Shown here piece by piece: positions 53,801 to 64,000 of a stretch of 64,000 nt of DNA (position 1 is its first letter; each line of letters opens with the position of its first letter). The stretch spans positions 47,554,001-47,618,000 of the forward strand of contig OZ241833.1 of NCBI GenBank assembly GCA_965202585.1. The letters run 5' to 3'. The stretch comes from Thalia democratica. Taxonomy: Eukaryota. Below the pieces are notes generated by a model, which was not told the DNA's origin, did not search any database, and saw only the letters and a program-made list of their open reading frames with translations. The position numbers were made by a program, and so were the translations under genes.

Positions 53801-56800
53801 TGTCCCTGTTTAAAAAATGCTTTAAGATACTGTTACGTGAATAACACAGTTTTAAAATAAAAACATAAAAGTAAATTGAGTAAAACTAAATTTATCGAAA
53901 GTTTTATAAATAAAAACAAAGTTAGTCGTAACGATTAGTATTTCTTAAGCAAAAATAATTATTGCAATGCAAAAAAAGTTTATGAAAAAGAAAACTAAAA
54001 TAATTAAAAAATACTTCAAAATCATTTAAAACCAGTTCAAAAATAAATTTTAATCAGGTGCAGAGGGTTATTAGTTGTTATAAAAAATAAAAAAAAACAA
54101 TTTTTACCAGGTTACAAAGGTTTATTAGTTGTTTAAAAAAACAAAAAAAAAAAGATTTTAACCAGGTTGCAGGGGTTTATTGGTTATTAAAAATTTTTAC
54201 CAAGTTGCAGAGGTTTATTAGTTATTAAAAAATAAATATAAATTGTAACCAGGTTGCAGAAGTTTATTAGTTAATAAAAAAAAAAAAATTACCAGGTTGC
54301 AGGGGTTCAATTATCTTCATACCGCTCGCCTCACTCGTCTTCTCGACCCTCATCACTTGCGGCATCGTGCTGTCCTCACTATAAACGTACAGCTCGTAGC
54401 TCTTCACCAATTGTGACGACACGATCATCACGTCCGCGGACGTGTGGTCCACTCGCGTCATGTACGGGATCATGGAGTAGTTCGGCTTCTCGGTCCGCTC
54501 TGTGGTTGGGAGGGGGGTGGTGAAGTCGATCATCATCTCTTGAGTGGTTGCTGACACGTCTGCGTTTATTATTGTGGAAATTAAGTAAAAATAAATTAGT
54601 TTTTTTTCTTTAACTTGTAAAAGGTTATGTGCTTCGACGTATATTTGTTTGCTTTTTTGTCCATAAGTAAACGAAAGTTTACTGATATTGAGAATTATTT
54701 TTTTAAATCTTTTAAATGATGATCTAAACTTAAACTGCTTTTTTTGTTCTCTTCTCGTTTGTATCAATATATGCATGCAACATATTGAGTGGTGGCGGAC
54801 ACGTCTGGATTGTTGTAAGGTTTAAGTGAGAATAATTTAGTGCTTTAGCTTATAAACATGGTTCTATGCTTTGACGTATAATAATTTGTTTTGTTTTCCT
54901 ATTCAGTATACAAAGGTATACTGTTATTGAGAATTTGTGTGTACTTTGTTTTATAAAGTCACTAATGGTCTTGTTTTTTAGTTTAATGGTATTGTTGTAT
55001 CTTATAAGCTTCGTATTACTTTGATTGAAAAGCATTTTGAAAAATGCTTGTATAAGTGAAATTAATTATGATTTATTAATGCAATCTTACCTTCCTTAGC
55101 GGTGAACCTGATTGTTTTCATTGCGATTTCGTTTCCGTTCTGCTTCAACTCGTCATTCGCGAAAACAGTCACAAAGTACTTCACGCCTGAAAATAATTCA
55201 GTTCGTTTAATTTCAATAACAATAATTAATAATTTAAAACATAAGTTTTATTATTATTAATATTAACAACAATAATAAAAAACTAAAAAAAAAGGCACAA
55301 AATAACCTTTTCTAATCTATAACCACCTAAAATCTTAAAAAGTTAAATGAACTATGCTAACATACACGCTGAACTTTGCTTAAAAAACGGCAGCAAGCAA
55401 AAACACGATAAATTAACCTGGCGTGGCGATATCGATCTTGACGATTGTGACGTCACTCATCTTGTCCATTGTGATCGACTCCCCGTAATCGGTGAAGCTT
55501 GACACGGAAATTTCAAAGCTCCTGACCGACTCCCCGGCCAGTATGAGCATCTCGGCGCTTTGCGATCCCACGTTGACCATCCTGAGCTGGAGGAAGTCTC
55601 CGGGGATGGTTGAGGTCGGCGGTCGCACGGTCGGTGACGACGTTCCCAATACCGGGTCTGTGAAGTTGTGATGTTTTTTGATCAATTAAAAAACAAGTTA
55701 TCTTTAGATATATTGGGCAGGATAAAGTTTTATTTTTTGTTTAATTTGATTGCTGTTGTCTATATATTTTTGTTACACAGTCATATCGTATGCTAATACA
55801 CTAGTTATAAAAAAAATATAAATAAATATATTTGTTAGTCTGCATGTTTTTACTTCATTTGGTGTAATTTAAGATTTTATTTTGTTACTATACAACTATA
55901 CCTACCATTCGTTTGGAATTGCACAGAGTACTCATCTACGAAATCTCTCAAGTCGTTGACGTAACCACGTACAACTAATAGAAAATTGGTGGCTGAAAAA
56001 AAAGTTTAATATTTGTACGGGAACATTTTGCTGTTTCAATAGCGTTTCAGAATCTATCACGTATATTACAACTCAACTCTAAATTGCATTTAAGTTTTAA
56101 AGTTTTTTTACAAACTCAAATTAGTCTAGATACCAACTTTATAAACCGTCAATAAAAGTTACGCAAAAACTATCTAAAAACTTTTTTATTTGTTTTCATT
56201 TTTTTGATTGAATATTGTTACAATGCTTGCATGCAGCTTGTTTCGAAAAAGAATTTCGAAAAAAGCTGTCTTTGAAACAAAATACAGTTTCTATCCTGAA
56301 GTATCACATATAGTTTTGCTACACCAACCTGCGTCAAGAGGCTCAACTTTGTAGTAAGTGACTTCTCCGATGCGGGGAACCACCTTCTTTTGCGGGTACT
56401 CGCTATCGCCCTTGTAGATCAGCACCTGGTACTCCTGGTAAGTCTCCCCTCCCAATATGAGGATGTCAACGCTGTTCTCTTTGACCATTTCCACCTGGCG
56501 GTAGGAAAATTAAATTTGTTAAGAAGATTCCGTATGGAAGTTGTTATTATTTCGACCTAGATATACGGAAAGTGAGTTTGGTCAGAAGTATTTCAGGGTA
56601 GTTGTTAATATAATTGCATTAATTAATTCATGTAAGAAGTCTAAAGACAGTGTGTTGGAAAAATGTAGTCTAAAGTAAAGAAGCAATAGAAATTTTAAAC
56701 AATGGTGTGTTTTACGCATAGTTGAAGCTAGATTTTAGATTATTATAGAACCAAACGCAAAATTCACGGCTTTTCAAACCTGTACTCTGAGATGCTCAGC

Positions 56801-59800
56801 CTTTTCGGTTGTTGCTCCAGTTTGAGTTTTCATAGTTGTCTCTGGTGATTCTGTTTTAAAATAGTTAGTCATTTACTAAATTTTTATGCTTTTATTTTAA
56901 ATTTAATATTTTATGTGTCTCAACGAAGCGTATGTGTTTAATGTTTTTCTGTAAAAAACGACAAAGTTTTAAGAAATTTAAAATACAGTGTTTTTAATTA
57001 TTATGTATGTTAAACTACTTTAGCTTATTTAGTTTATTCAAGAATCTTGTTTTATAAAGTTTAAACATACAAAACTTTAAACAAAGAATTAAACGAACCA
57101 TCAAATTTTAATGTGTTGAATTCAACAGTTAATCTCAAAAGTTCGCCCTCTTTGGTTCTAGCTTCAACGGAAACCATGTAGAATGTATCTGAAATATTTT
57201 ACTTGTAAATATATATATATATATATATATGTGTTCCCGAGAACACAGCTTTTTTAAGTCAGGTAAGATATTTAGAGAGATGATTGAGATTTAAAAATTT
57301 TGATATAAATATACTATTGAACTTAGATGTAGTATATATAATTTATTTTAAAGTTTAAATGCAGTTTATATAAAAAATTAAAACCAATAAAACATTTTTA
57401 TCTGAAATATTATACCAGTTTTTACATAAATAGCCGCACAGGTATTTCTACCAAAACAAATTTCTGTTATGGCTCATAATTAAGTAATTATAAAAACACT
57501 TTTTGTAATAGTTATCGAACAAAAATAGTATGAATTAAAACCATTTGTTTACTACTTTAATATATATACTTCTGCATTAATTACGAAATATAAGTATAAT
57601 AGAAACTACTTTTACTGAGCTTGTTCAGTACAACACTATAATACCATGTTAAAATCTACCACAGAAAAGCCCATTACTATACACTCAATTAGATAAATAT
57701 GTATAAAAAAAAATTTTCCAACCTTTTTTGAGCTCATACAGTATGAGACTTTATTATCACAATTAAAGAAAATATCTTTACTATAAACGCAAATAAATAA
57801 ATGTATATATAAATTGTTAAATCCATCAAACCTTTTTTCAGTTCGTTCAATATGAGCTTCATCACCTCCTCTTTCCTGTCGAAACTCATCTCCAGCACTT
57901 TCTCCCTTCCCCCCTCCAACACCTCCAGCTTCATGGTTGTGACGTCATCGGGTGACGTGATGGCCAACACCACTTCCTCCGATTGCACGTTCATCACCTG
58001 AGCTTTAAATGTTCTCATCTGCCTGGTCACTGTAATGGTCTGGTAAAAAAATGTTTGTTAATAACACTTTAAATAAAATGTTTTAATATTTAAATTCGGT
58101 TTTTGTTTGCGCTTTGAAAGTTTTTAGTTTTGAGTTACTTTGGTAGTCTGTGTAGAAAATTCGTTTTAATTTTAATAACAATTTGTATATTGATCTAGGA
58201 TGTTTTATCGTATTTGTTTTTTGTCGTTTATGGTTGTATTGTTTGTGTTCAAGCTGCTTTAAGTCATTTATGTTTATCAACATAATTGACGATGTTAACG
58301 ACAAGTAGAGGTTTAACTTTGTCGGTCTAGTAAAGAAAAGCTTATAAACATAAGATATATAACAAGCTGAGTTTATTTTTTTCACGTAAAAACTAACTTC
58401 TTCTGTGGTGGACCTTTCAGGGCATTCATCGGAAGTGATGCACCTTCCATCATGCAGGACCGGCTTGTCATCGGGACACTGGCACTTTGACACGAAGTTG
58501 AAGGTGCACGCGGGGTTGGGGACTTCGCAGGTGATCGTGCAAGCCGTGGCCTGGTTCGAATACACAACTCCCTCGTTCTCACAACCTAGAGAGTTGGTTT
58601 AATTTCAGTTTACTTTAAATTGGTTATTACTTTTCTTAGTGATCTAGTTATGAACATTTGATAAAAGTATTTCTTGCATTAATCAATTGGTTATTACTTT
58701 AACTCTTATTCCATTATAAATTATAAAAATCGAATTTTAGCCATTATAATTCAGTATGCTAGCATTTAAAACACGTAATGTTTGCCTTATGATCTATTAA
58801 AAATCAGTGTTTTGTATATTTATTTTTATATTTCTCAACTCTCACCTTCACAATTGGGTTCTACCCCGCTGAAAGACATGCTGTCAGGATAAGGAGTTCC
58901 TGTTTTCGGGTTGACGCACATGCACACTGTTCCAACCTGTAAATAGTAAATATATATATATTACTAAACAATACGGAGTTAGCATGCACACTGTTCCAAC
59001 CTTAAAAAATAAATTTTTACAACATTGTTTTTCAAAACTCAAATTTTTTTTATCACTATTGTAGTTTGTATGTTTGTATACGTTTATAAAGCTCGAGAAT
59101 TTACACAGAAATAATAAATGAGTAGCACAACAATATTTTGATTGTTAGTTGTTTATTTTATTACTTATTTCAATGTTACGCAAATAATTTCTACCTGCTG
59201 CGTTTGACCGCACTGTACAGCTTTGTAGTTTCCTGTTTCGTCACAGTCAGGAAGCGTCTGACCAGGTTGCAGGTCTTTACTGACTACGTCATATATTTGC
59301 TGGCACGTCATACCTGTAATCAACACATTATGTTATTAGATTTTATTTCATTGACTAGGTTGCAGGATTTTAGATTATATTTCTTATTTTACATTATTAG
59401 TTCGGGGTTTTCGCTAATTACGTCATATATTTACTGACACGTCATATCTGTTGAAGTGTTTTTTTTTGCGTATTTTTTACTATCAGTAATAATTTTAAAC
59501 TGATACATTGTTTGCTTTAGAAATATATATTTCAAGTCAGAATTTTCAGTCAGTCTGTTTTCTAAACACTTTTAGCTAAAATAAGTAGAAATTTGCTGTT
59601 ATTTAAACTCGTACAGATAATTGATCACCTATTTACATTTTAACATCAATATCAGATATTTTTATTAATTGAATAGTAAACTAAATGTATAAGTCATATA
59701 AATTTTTCTTAGAATCTAATTACAAAAATTAATCTACACTTTATTACAAAACAGCTTAGTATGTTAATTGTAAACAACTAAGTATAATTGATAATACGTA

Positions 59801-62800
59801 CTATCGGATTAAATAAACAAATACTTATTAATCATACTTTTGACTGGGTGTGCTCGGTTCAAATATGATTTGTTTTGCTATATTTCAGAAAAATTAGCTC
59901 TATATAGGTTGTTGCTAAAATACAATACTGTTACGTATAATTTTATAACAAACGTGTGTAACTGGTTACTGATAAAAATAGGCATAAATGAATAGTTATT
60001 TTTATTAAAAGGAGAGTTTAATTTTAATTTTTATAGGTTACAAACACCACTAATTATAAACTATATCTTAAAGGTTAAAACGCAACCACCCTTATTATAA
60101 ATTTATCGAAATTACTACACATGTTCTTAAAACTGGTTGGTACACATTTTAAAATGTAAAACTCTATCATAAAATGCTAAATTTTGAGTGATTTAATGAT
60201 ATTTTTCGTTCGCAATTACAATTTTTTTTATTAGAAGTTTAAATATGTGAAACTAACTTGATCCGACATTAGTTGTTTCATTTAATCCTTCCATAGATGT
60301 AGTTGAATCAAATGTAAACATATCTGGTAAAAAAAACTTCTTAATTGTGGGTGCATGAAACATTAGACTATTTTATAAAATAAAATTTATACTATTAAAC
60401 TGCTGTTTTTTTTAAACAATTAACATATAAAAGTAGATGAAAATTTTATATAACTATAAAAATATTCACTGTAAATAACATATCTACAACAAACACTTTT
60501 TAAAATATTGTTTAATATAAAGTTTTAAAGCAAACAACTTCCAAAATGATTCATAATCAGTATTCTTAAATTATTCATTTTCTACTTAAACTAAGGTGAG
60601 TAACCATAATATTATTAATACCCTTAAAGTTAAATATTTTCTTTTATACATATAATATATGGGTTTAAGTTTAAGTTTAAGTAAAAAAATTTAGACAATT
60701 TAAAGACTATTTATTTACCTTGAGTAAAGTCGGTTACCATTTTTGGAATCATTGTTGTTGTTTGAAGTTGCTTGTAAGCTTCATAAACGTCTATAAAAGT
60801 TTTAAAGTTATTGAAAAAACTAATGTTTTATAATACTTTTCATAAAAGTTTTACTAAAGAATGTTTTCATTAAGAAGCAATCAATTGTCACTGAAATTAT
60901 TATCTGATTGAAGAATATTTTGCTGAGCTTAAACCGGTCGTGTTATTTACTACGAATAAAACTAAAACAGTTTTTTAAGTTGAATAGTAAAGTTGCTACA
61001 TTAACTACAGTTTTGATGATTTTAAATGATGTTTGCATTATTATTTTATTTAAAAACATTTTTATAAAAACTTAATTACCTCACTTTAATTACTTATTTA
61101 ATTTACTGTAAGCTATACAAGGTTAGCTAAAATTGAGCAGTTTTTTATAAAACTGTCAATTATATAAGTATATATGTATATATGTATATATATATATATA
61201 TATATGTCAACTAAAAAACTCACCCTGGCAAGGAATGACCCTTCTGCTCCCGTATGGAGCTTCGGTGTTGGGAATCTCCCTCCCTGTGTTGATATCCACA
61301 CAAAAACAAGTTTGAGTGAACTGCAGGCACTGCTCGAATGCGAAAAGTCCATTGTCGTCGTTACATACGGGGTACTCCGGTCCGTCCATGGGTCGCTCGG
61401 GACTGGCGATGATCTTTCCGACCTCCATGAACTCACGCTGGCACTTGGTCAGGTCTGAAAAAAAAGTAAATTAATTTTAAAATTTAGTAAGACAGTTTCT
61501 GTCTAATTTGTATAGGTATAATTTTGTAATTTGCTTAGTTGGTTGCACTTAGTAAGGTATATGTAAAAACAATAACCCACTTGAAAAATCCAAACTTTTT
61601 TTAAAGCTAAGAAGTATTATAAACAAAAAACAGTGATCAGCAGCTGGAAACAACATTTGTGTACGTATTTAGTCATGTACTTATGTTTAATATATAGTTA
61701 TGAAAAAAGCATTGCGTAAGCTTCTCATCGTTGCAGCCTTTTTCTCAGTAACAGTTTATGGTTGTTAAAAGAAAAACTAGAATAAACAAATACGTATAAA
61801 CAAAATAAACTCACACAACATCTCCCCATTGCAGTCTTGTTCTGTGCCCTCAGTTCCTGGCACAGTGTCACCCAAGAAAGGCTCAACGCACCTACAAACA
61901 TTCAAGAAGGTAAAATATTTATGTTAACCATATTAATAAAAAAATACAATATTTTGGGTTATTTACTTTAACAAACAAAGTCCATACTAATTCTTAAAAA
62001 GTATACTTAAACTTGTAAACTAGTTAATGGTTCTACGCACCTGAAAACACCAGTAGATGTTATAATATTTATAATAAATATTATTGAGAAGTAGTATAAC
62101 TGATTTTAAGAATATTGATATTTCTTTTGTTATACATAGTGTATACTAACAAGAGCATTTTACAAAAATGATAAAACAGTAAGATCTGAACACGAACCTG
62201 CAAACGCCAGTAGTATTTACTACTGTTTGTAATATGTATCCAAACGTACTAATTAGTAATACTATTTGATAACTTTAATTTAGTTTTTATAAAATTCTGT
62301 ACATAAAAGCTTCAAACCTGCAAACACCAGTGGCGGGGTCGCACTGCTTGGCCTGGTAGTTTCCTGATGACGCGTCACACTTCCTCGCGAACATTATGTT
62401 GGTTCTGGCATCCACAAACTCCTTCTGGCAGTTTGTCAGGTCTGAAAAGGATGACGTAAAAGTTATACATTGTTGCCGTTATAAAAATATTCATAAACCC
62501 TTACATTGGTGATGGTGTAAAATTTTTTTGTCATTTATAGATATCTACAAACCTTAACACTCATAAAAACAGTAAGTTATAGAACCCTAATTAAAACATT
62601 CAAACCTTTTCTTAATTATACAACCAAAAACCTTTGTAATTACTATTTTAAAGAATTATAAAAAATAGTTTAGTATGTTGCCATTTAAATAAAAGCATAA
62701 TTCTTTTATTTTAATTAAAAAATATTTTAATCAGTCGCAAACCTTCGCAATCGTACCCAACTTGGTTTCTTTGGTGGGAAGTTCCCGGAATTTCAAGTCC

Positions 62801-63940
62801 CTCTGGAGTTACGCACCTACAAATGTAAAATTATTTAACACTTATACAATGAAACTTAATACTTATGTGCTGATGATTGTAGTGATAGGCTGCATAAAAC
62901 TTGTTTTTATGAATGTTCATTTTAAATAAAATATTTAAAGGCCCATCCAAGCGGGCTTAGGAAAAGTTTATTTTGTTGAATAAATCTTATATATACAACT
63001 GGTTTCAAAAAGTACACTTCAAACAAAAAACAGTACAATTATTTCATGTAGCGTGTTGCTACAATTTACAGCTATTTAAGTTTGAAAACTGGCACAGTGA
63101 AAATTGATTTAGTTAACCAAATCTAATTCTATTTTAACAAACAAATATGTATAGTTTATAAGTTATATTGGATATTGACTCCTGAACACGAATGGGGCTT
63201 TATTTCTACAATATAAAATAATATAATTTATATAAACAAATAAATATTAACCTGCACACGAATGGGGTGCACTGCCTGGGTTGGTAGCTGCCACTAGCGG
63301 TGCAGTTGGGCAGCATGTCGAACAAAGCCTGCCTGGTTTGTGGGTCCTGGATCTGGCTGAGTTGGCGCTCCAGCTCGCGTCTCTGGTCCGCACACAGGGG
63401 CTCGGTACGCGCTGTTATAATTGGTTATTCATAAACCAACTAGTGAGTAGCTAGTTAGTTTCGTTCAAGTGTATGGTTTATTCCCGACTTCGTTTAATTT
63501 ACTATGACTCTGCTGTGTTTTTATCACACTAGATAAAAGTTTACCGGAAGTTTTTAAATATTTAGTTAATAGATGCGTTTTTTTTTTTGTTTGCATTCTG
63601 TTTAGTATAGTGATATGTTTTATATAAAATAATTGATTACTGTTCAGCGTTATTTTTTGCGTTTGTAGTTAACTAGTCGTAACATTGTTTTCTTAAATAT
63701 AAAATCATGTAATACATTTAATTTATAATATTTTTACTATATCTACTTTTTTGTAATTAACAACACAAAGCTATAAAAATAAATGCGGTAACACATATAG
63801 TTCATCGATAAACAACAAACCTGGTTTTGTAGTTTCCACTGCTTGGGTTGTTTCTTCAGGTTTTGGTGTGGCTTCCCAAGTGATGATAGCCTCAGTGGCA
63901 AACTCAGTTGTCAGGATTGGCTTAACAGTGTTGTACAGTT
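25588..63940 (-). CDS. Giant multi-exon extracellular protein (5'-partial, ~4,330 aa): 4x thyroglobulin type-1, TIL-like, 26x FN3-like with mucin linkers, C-terminal WAT-like/antistasin-like tail
   Basis: 70 GT-AG exons give one open frame (12,989 nt) ending in TGA at 25590-25588: 63940-63821,63411-63252,62816-62743,62441-62318,61891-61815,61454-61224,60790-60719,60323-60258,59313-59195,58936-58846,58585-58398,58039-57832,57188-57099,56850-56780,56494-56329,55992-55906,55657-55418,55186-55091,54559-54293,53805-53707,53535-53275,52800-52702,52415-52170,51714-51631,51456-51100,50653-50567,50306-49719,49432-49337,49075-48855,48564-48513,48451-48371,48142-47753,47504-47265,46946-46866,46552-46079,45822-45742,45492-45229,44849-44478,44093-44010,43799-43506,43228-43142,42708-42475,42078-41998,41323-39875,39604-39353,39099-39022,38813-38562,38314-38234,37749-37555,37265-37182,35645-35465,35238-35099,34779-34693,34546-34304,33110-32970,32757-32527,32265-31954,31792-31651,31396-31200,30973-30831,30185-30008,29596-29507,29246-29001,28078-27995,27728-27667,27507-27372,27106-27023,26816-26735,26355-26162,25712-25588. 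58 of 69 introns are phase 1. Least certain boundaries: 51456, 35238 (in-frame alternative 35262) and 48855. Confidence 0.92.
27023..39604 (-). CDS. Giant gene, FN3-like repeats 16-26 with Thr-rich linkers
   Basis: Paired exons: the first ends L-x-[PS]-G, the second starts [TS]-x-Y-x-V-x-V and ends F-x-T (e.g. DLKP|EQEYNFNLVART, PLES|GTNYRVMVRALMVDG). Confidence 0.88.
39875..41323 (-). CDS. Giant gene, 1,449-bp mucin-like (Thr/Glu/Ser) exon
   Basis: Part of ORF 39795..41507. Acceptor AG at 41325-41324, donor GT at 39874-39873, phase 1 at both ends. Confidence 0.9.
41998..58039 (-). CDS. Giant gene, FN3-like repeats 1-15 with Thr-rich linkers (includes mucin exon 48142-47753)
   Basis: Same two-exon FN3-like unit repeated; ORF-track fragments 57734..58030, 55413..55685, 54267..54776, 52165..52413 etc. 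are these exons read into introns. Confidence 0.88.
52780..52975. repeat. Tandem ~55-bp repeat (about 4 units) containing the acceptor and start of exon 52800-52702
   Basis: (ac/aa)ttc(g/a)atag(a)(g/t)tagt.tgttcct...aataaa repeated. Confidence 0.8.
54050..54310. repeat. Tandem 40-60-bp repeat (6 units) containing the donor and end of exon 54559-54293
   Basis: accaggttgcag(g/a)ggttt attagtt...poly-A repeated. Confidence 0.85.
58398..58585 (-). CDS. Giant gene, TIL (trypsin-inhibitor-like) domain exon, 8-Cys variant
   Basis: CENEGVVYSNQATACTITCEVPNPACTFNFVSKCQCPDDKPVLHDGRCITSDECP: C-x3-C, C-x-C and C-x5-C spacing of TIL. Confidence 0.8.
58846..63411 (-). CDS. Giant gene, four thyroglobulin type-1 domains
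   Basis: Each has C...P-x-C...G-x-Y/F...QC...C-x-CV...G...C. Examples: LPNCTASGSYQPRQCTPFVCRCVTPEG, KCDASSGNYQAKQCDPATGVCRCVEPFLG, PVCNDDNGLFAFEQCLQFTQTCFCVDINTG, LPDCDETGNYKAVQCGQTQQVGTVCMCVNPKTG. Confidence 0.92.
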
Positions 63941-64000
63941 CTAAAAAAATATTATATTGACCAGTGTAGTTAGCAAAATTTTATAGTTTTAAAATATATT

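Noticed and set aside
29021-61458. Many plus-strand ORFs overlapping the giant gene (e.g. 29021..29308, 34273..34638, 44492..44821, 47833..48153, 52183..52453, 61174..61458)
   Set aside because: Antisense shadows of GC-rich or Thr-codon-rich exons (VVS/VVV-rich), with no independent domain or splice support.

Overview
AT-rich eukaryotic (animal) genomic DNA. The TGACGTCA-laden GC-rich exons and the expanded kelch/RING genes suggest an ascidian tunicate, but this is inference. The right 60% (25588 to window end, minus strand) is one giant gene whose 5' end lies outside the window. I assembled it by hand into 70 GT-AG exons (12,989 nt, about 4,330 aa, one open frame). Order N to C: four thyroglobulin type-1 domains, an 8-Cys TIL-like domain, 26 Trp-less fibronectin-type-III-like repeats separated by Thr/Glu-rich mucin linkers (including a 483-codon mucin exon), and a C-terminal tail. 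The tail has two cholinesterase-T-peptide (WAT)-like aromatic helices flanking a 4-Cys antistasin-like module, and no TM or GPI signal. The left 25 kb holds a frameshifted kelch gene, a small orphan ORF, a RING-H2/coiled-coil pseudogene, two inverted and decayed partial copies of the giant gene, a 3.3-kb Foldback/MULE-like element with 15-bp-repeat arms and a 9-bp TSD, a Tc1/mariner MITE, a possible decayed LTR element, a CR1/L2 LINE 3' end and minisatellites. The most unusual signals are the WAT-like tail, about 45 exon-restricted TGACGTCA palindromes, and about 10 splice junctions echoed by copies in the flanking intron. No rRNA, tRNA or CRISPR was seen. All coordinates were read manually.
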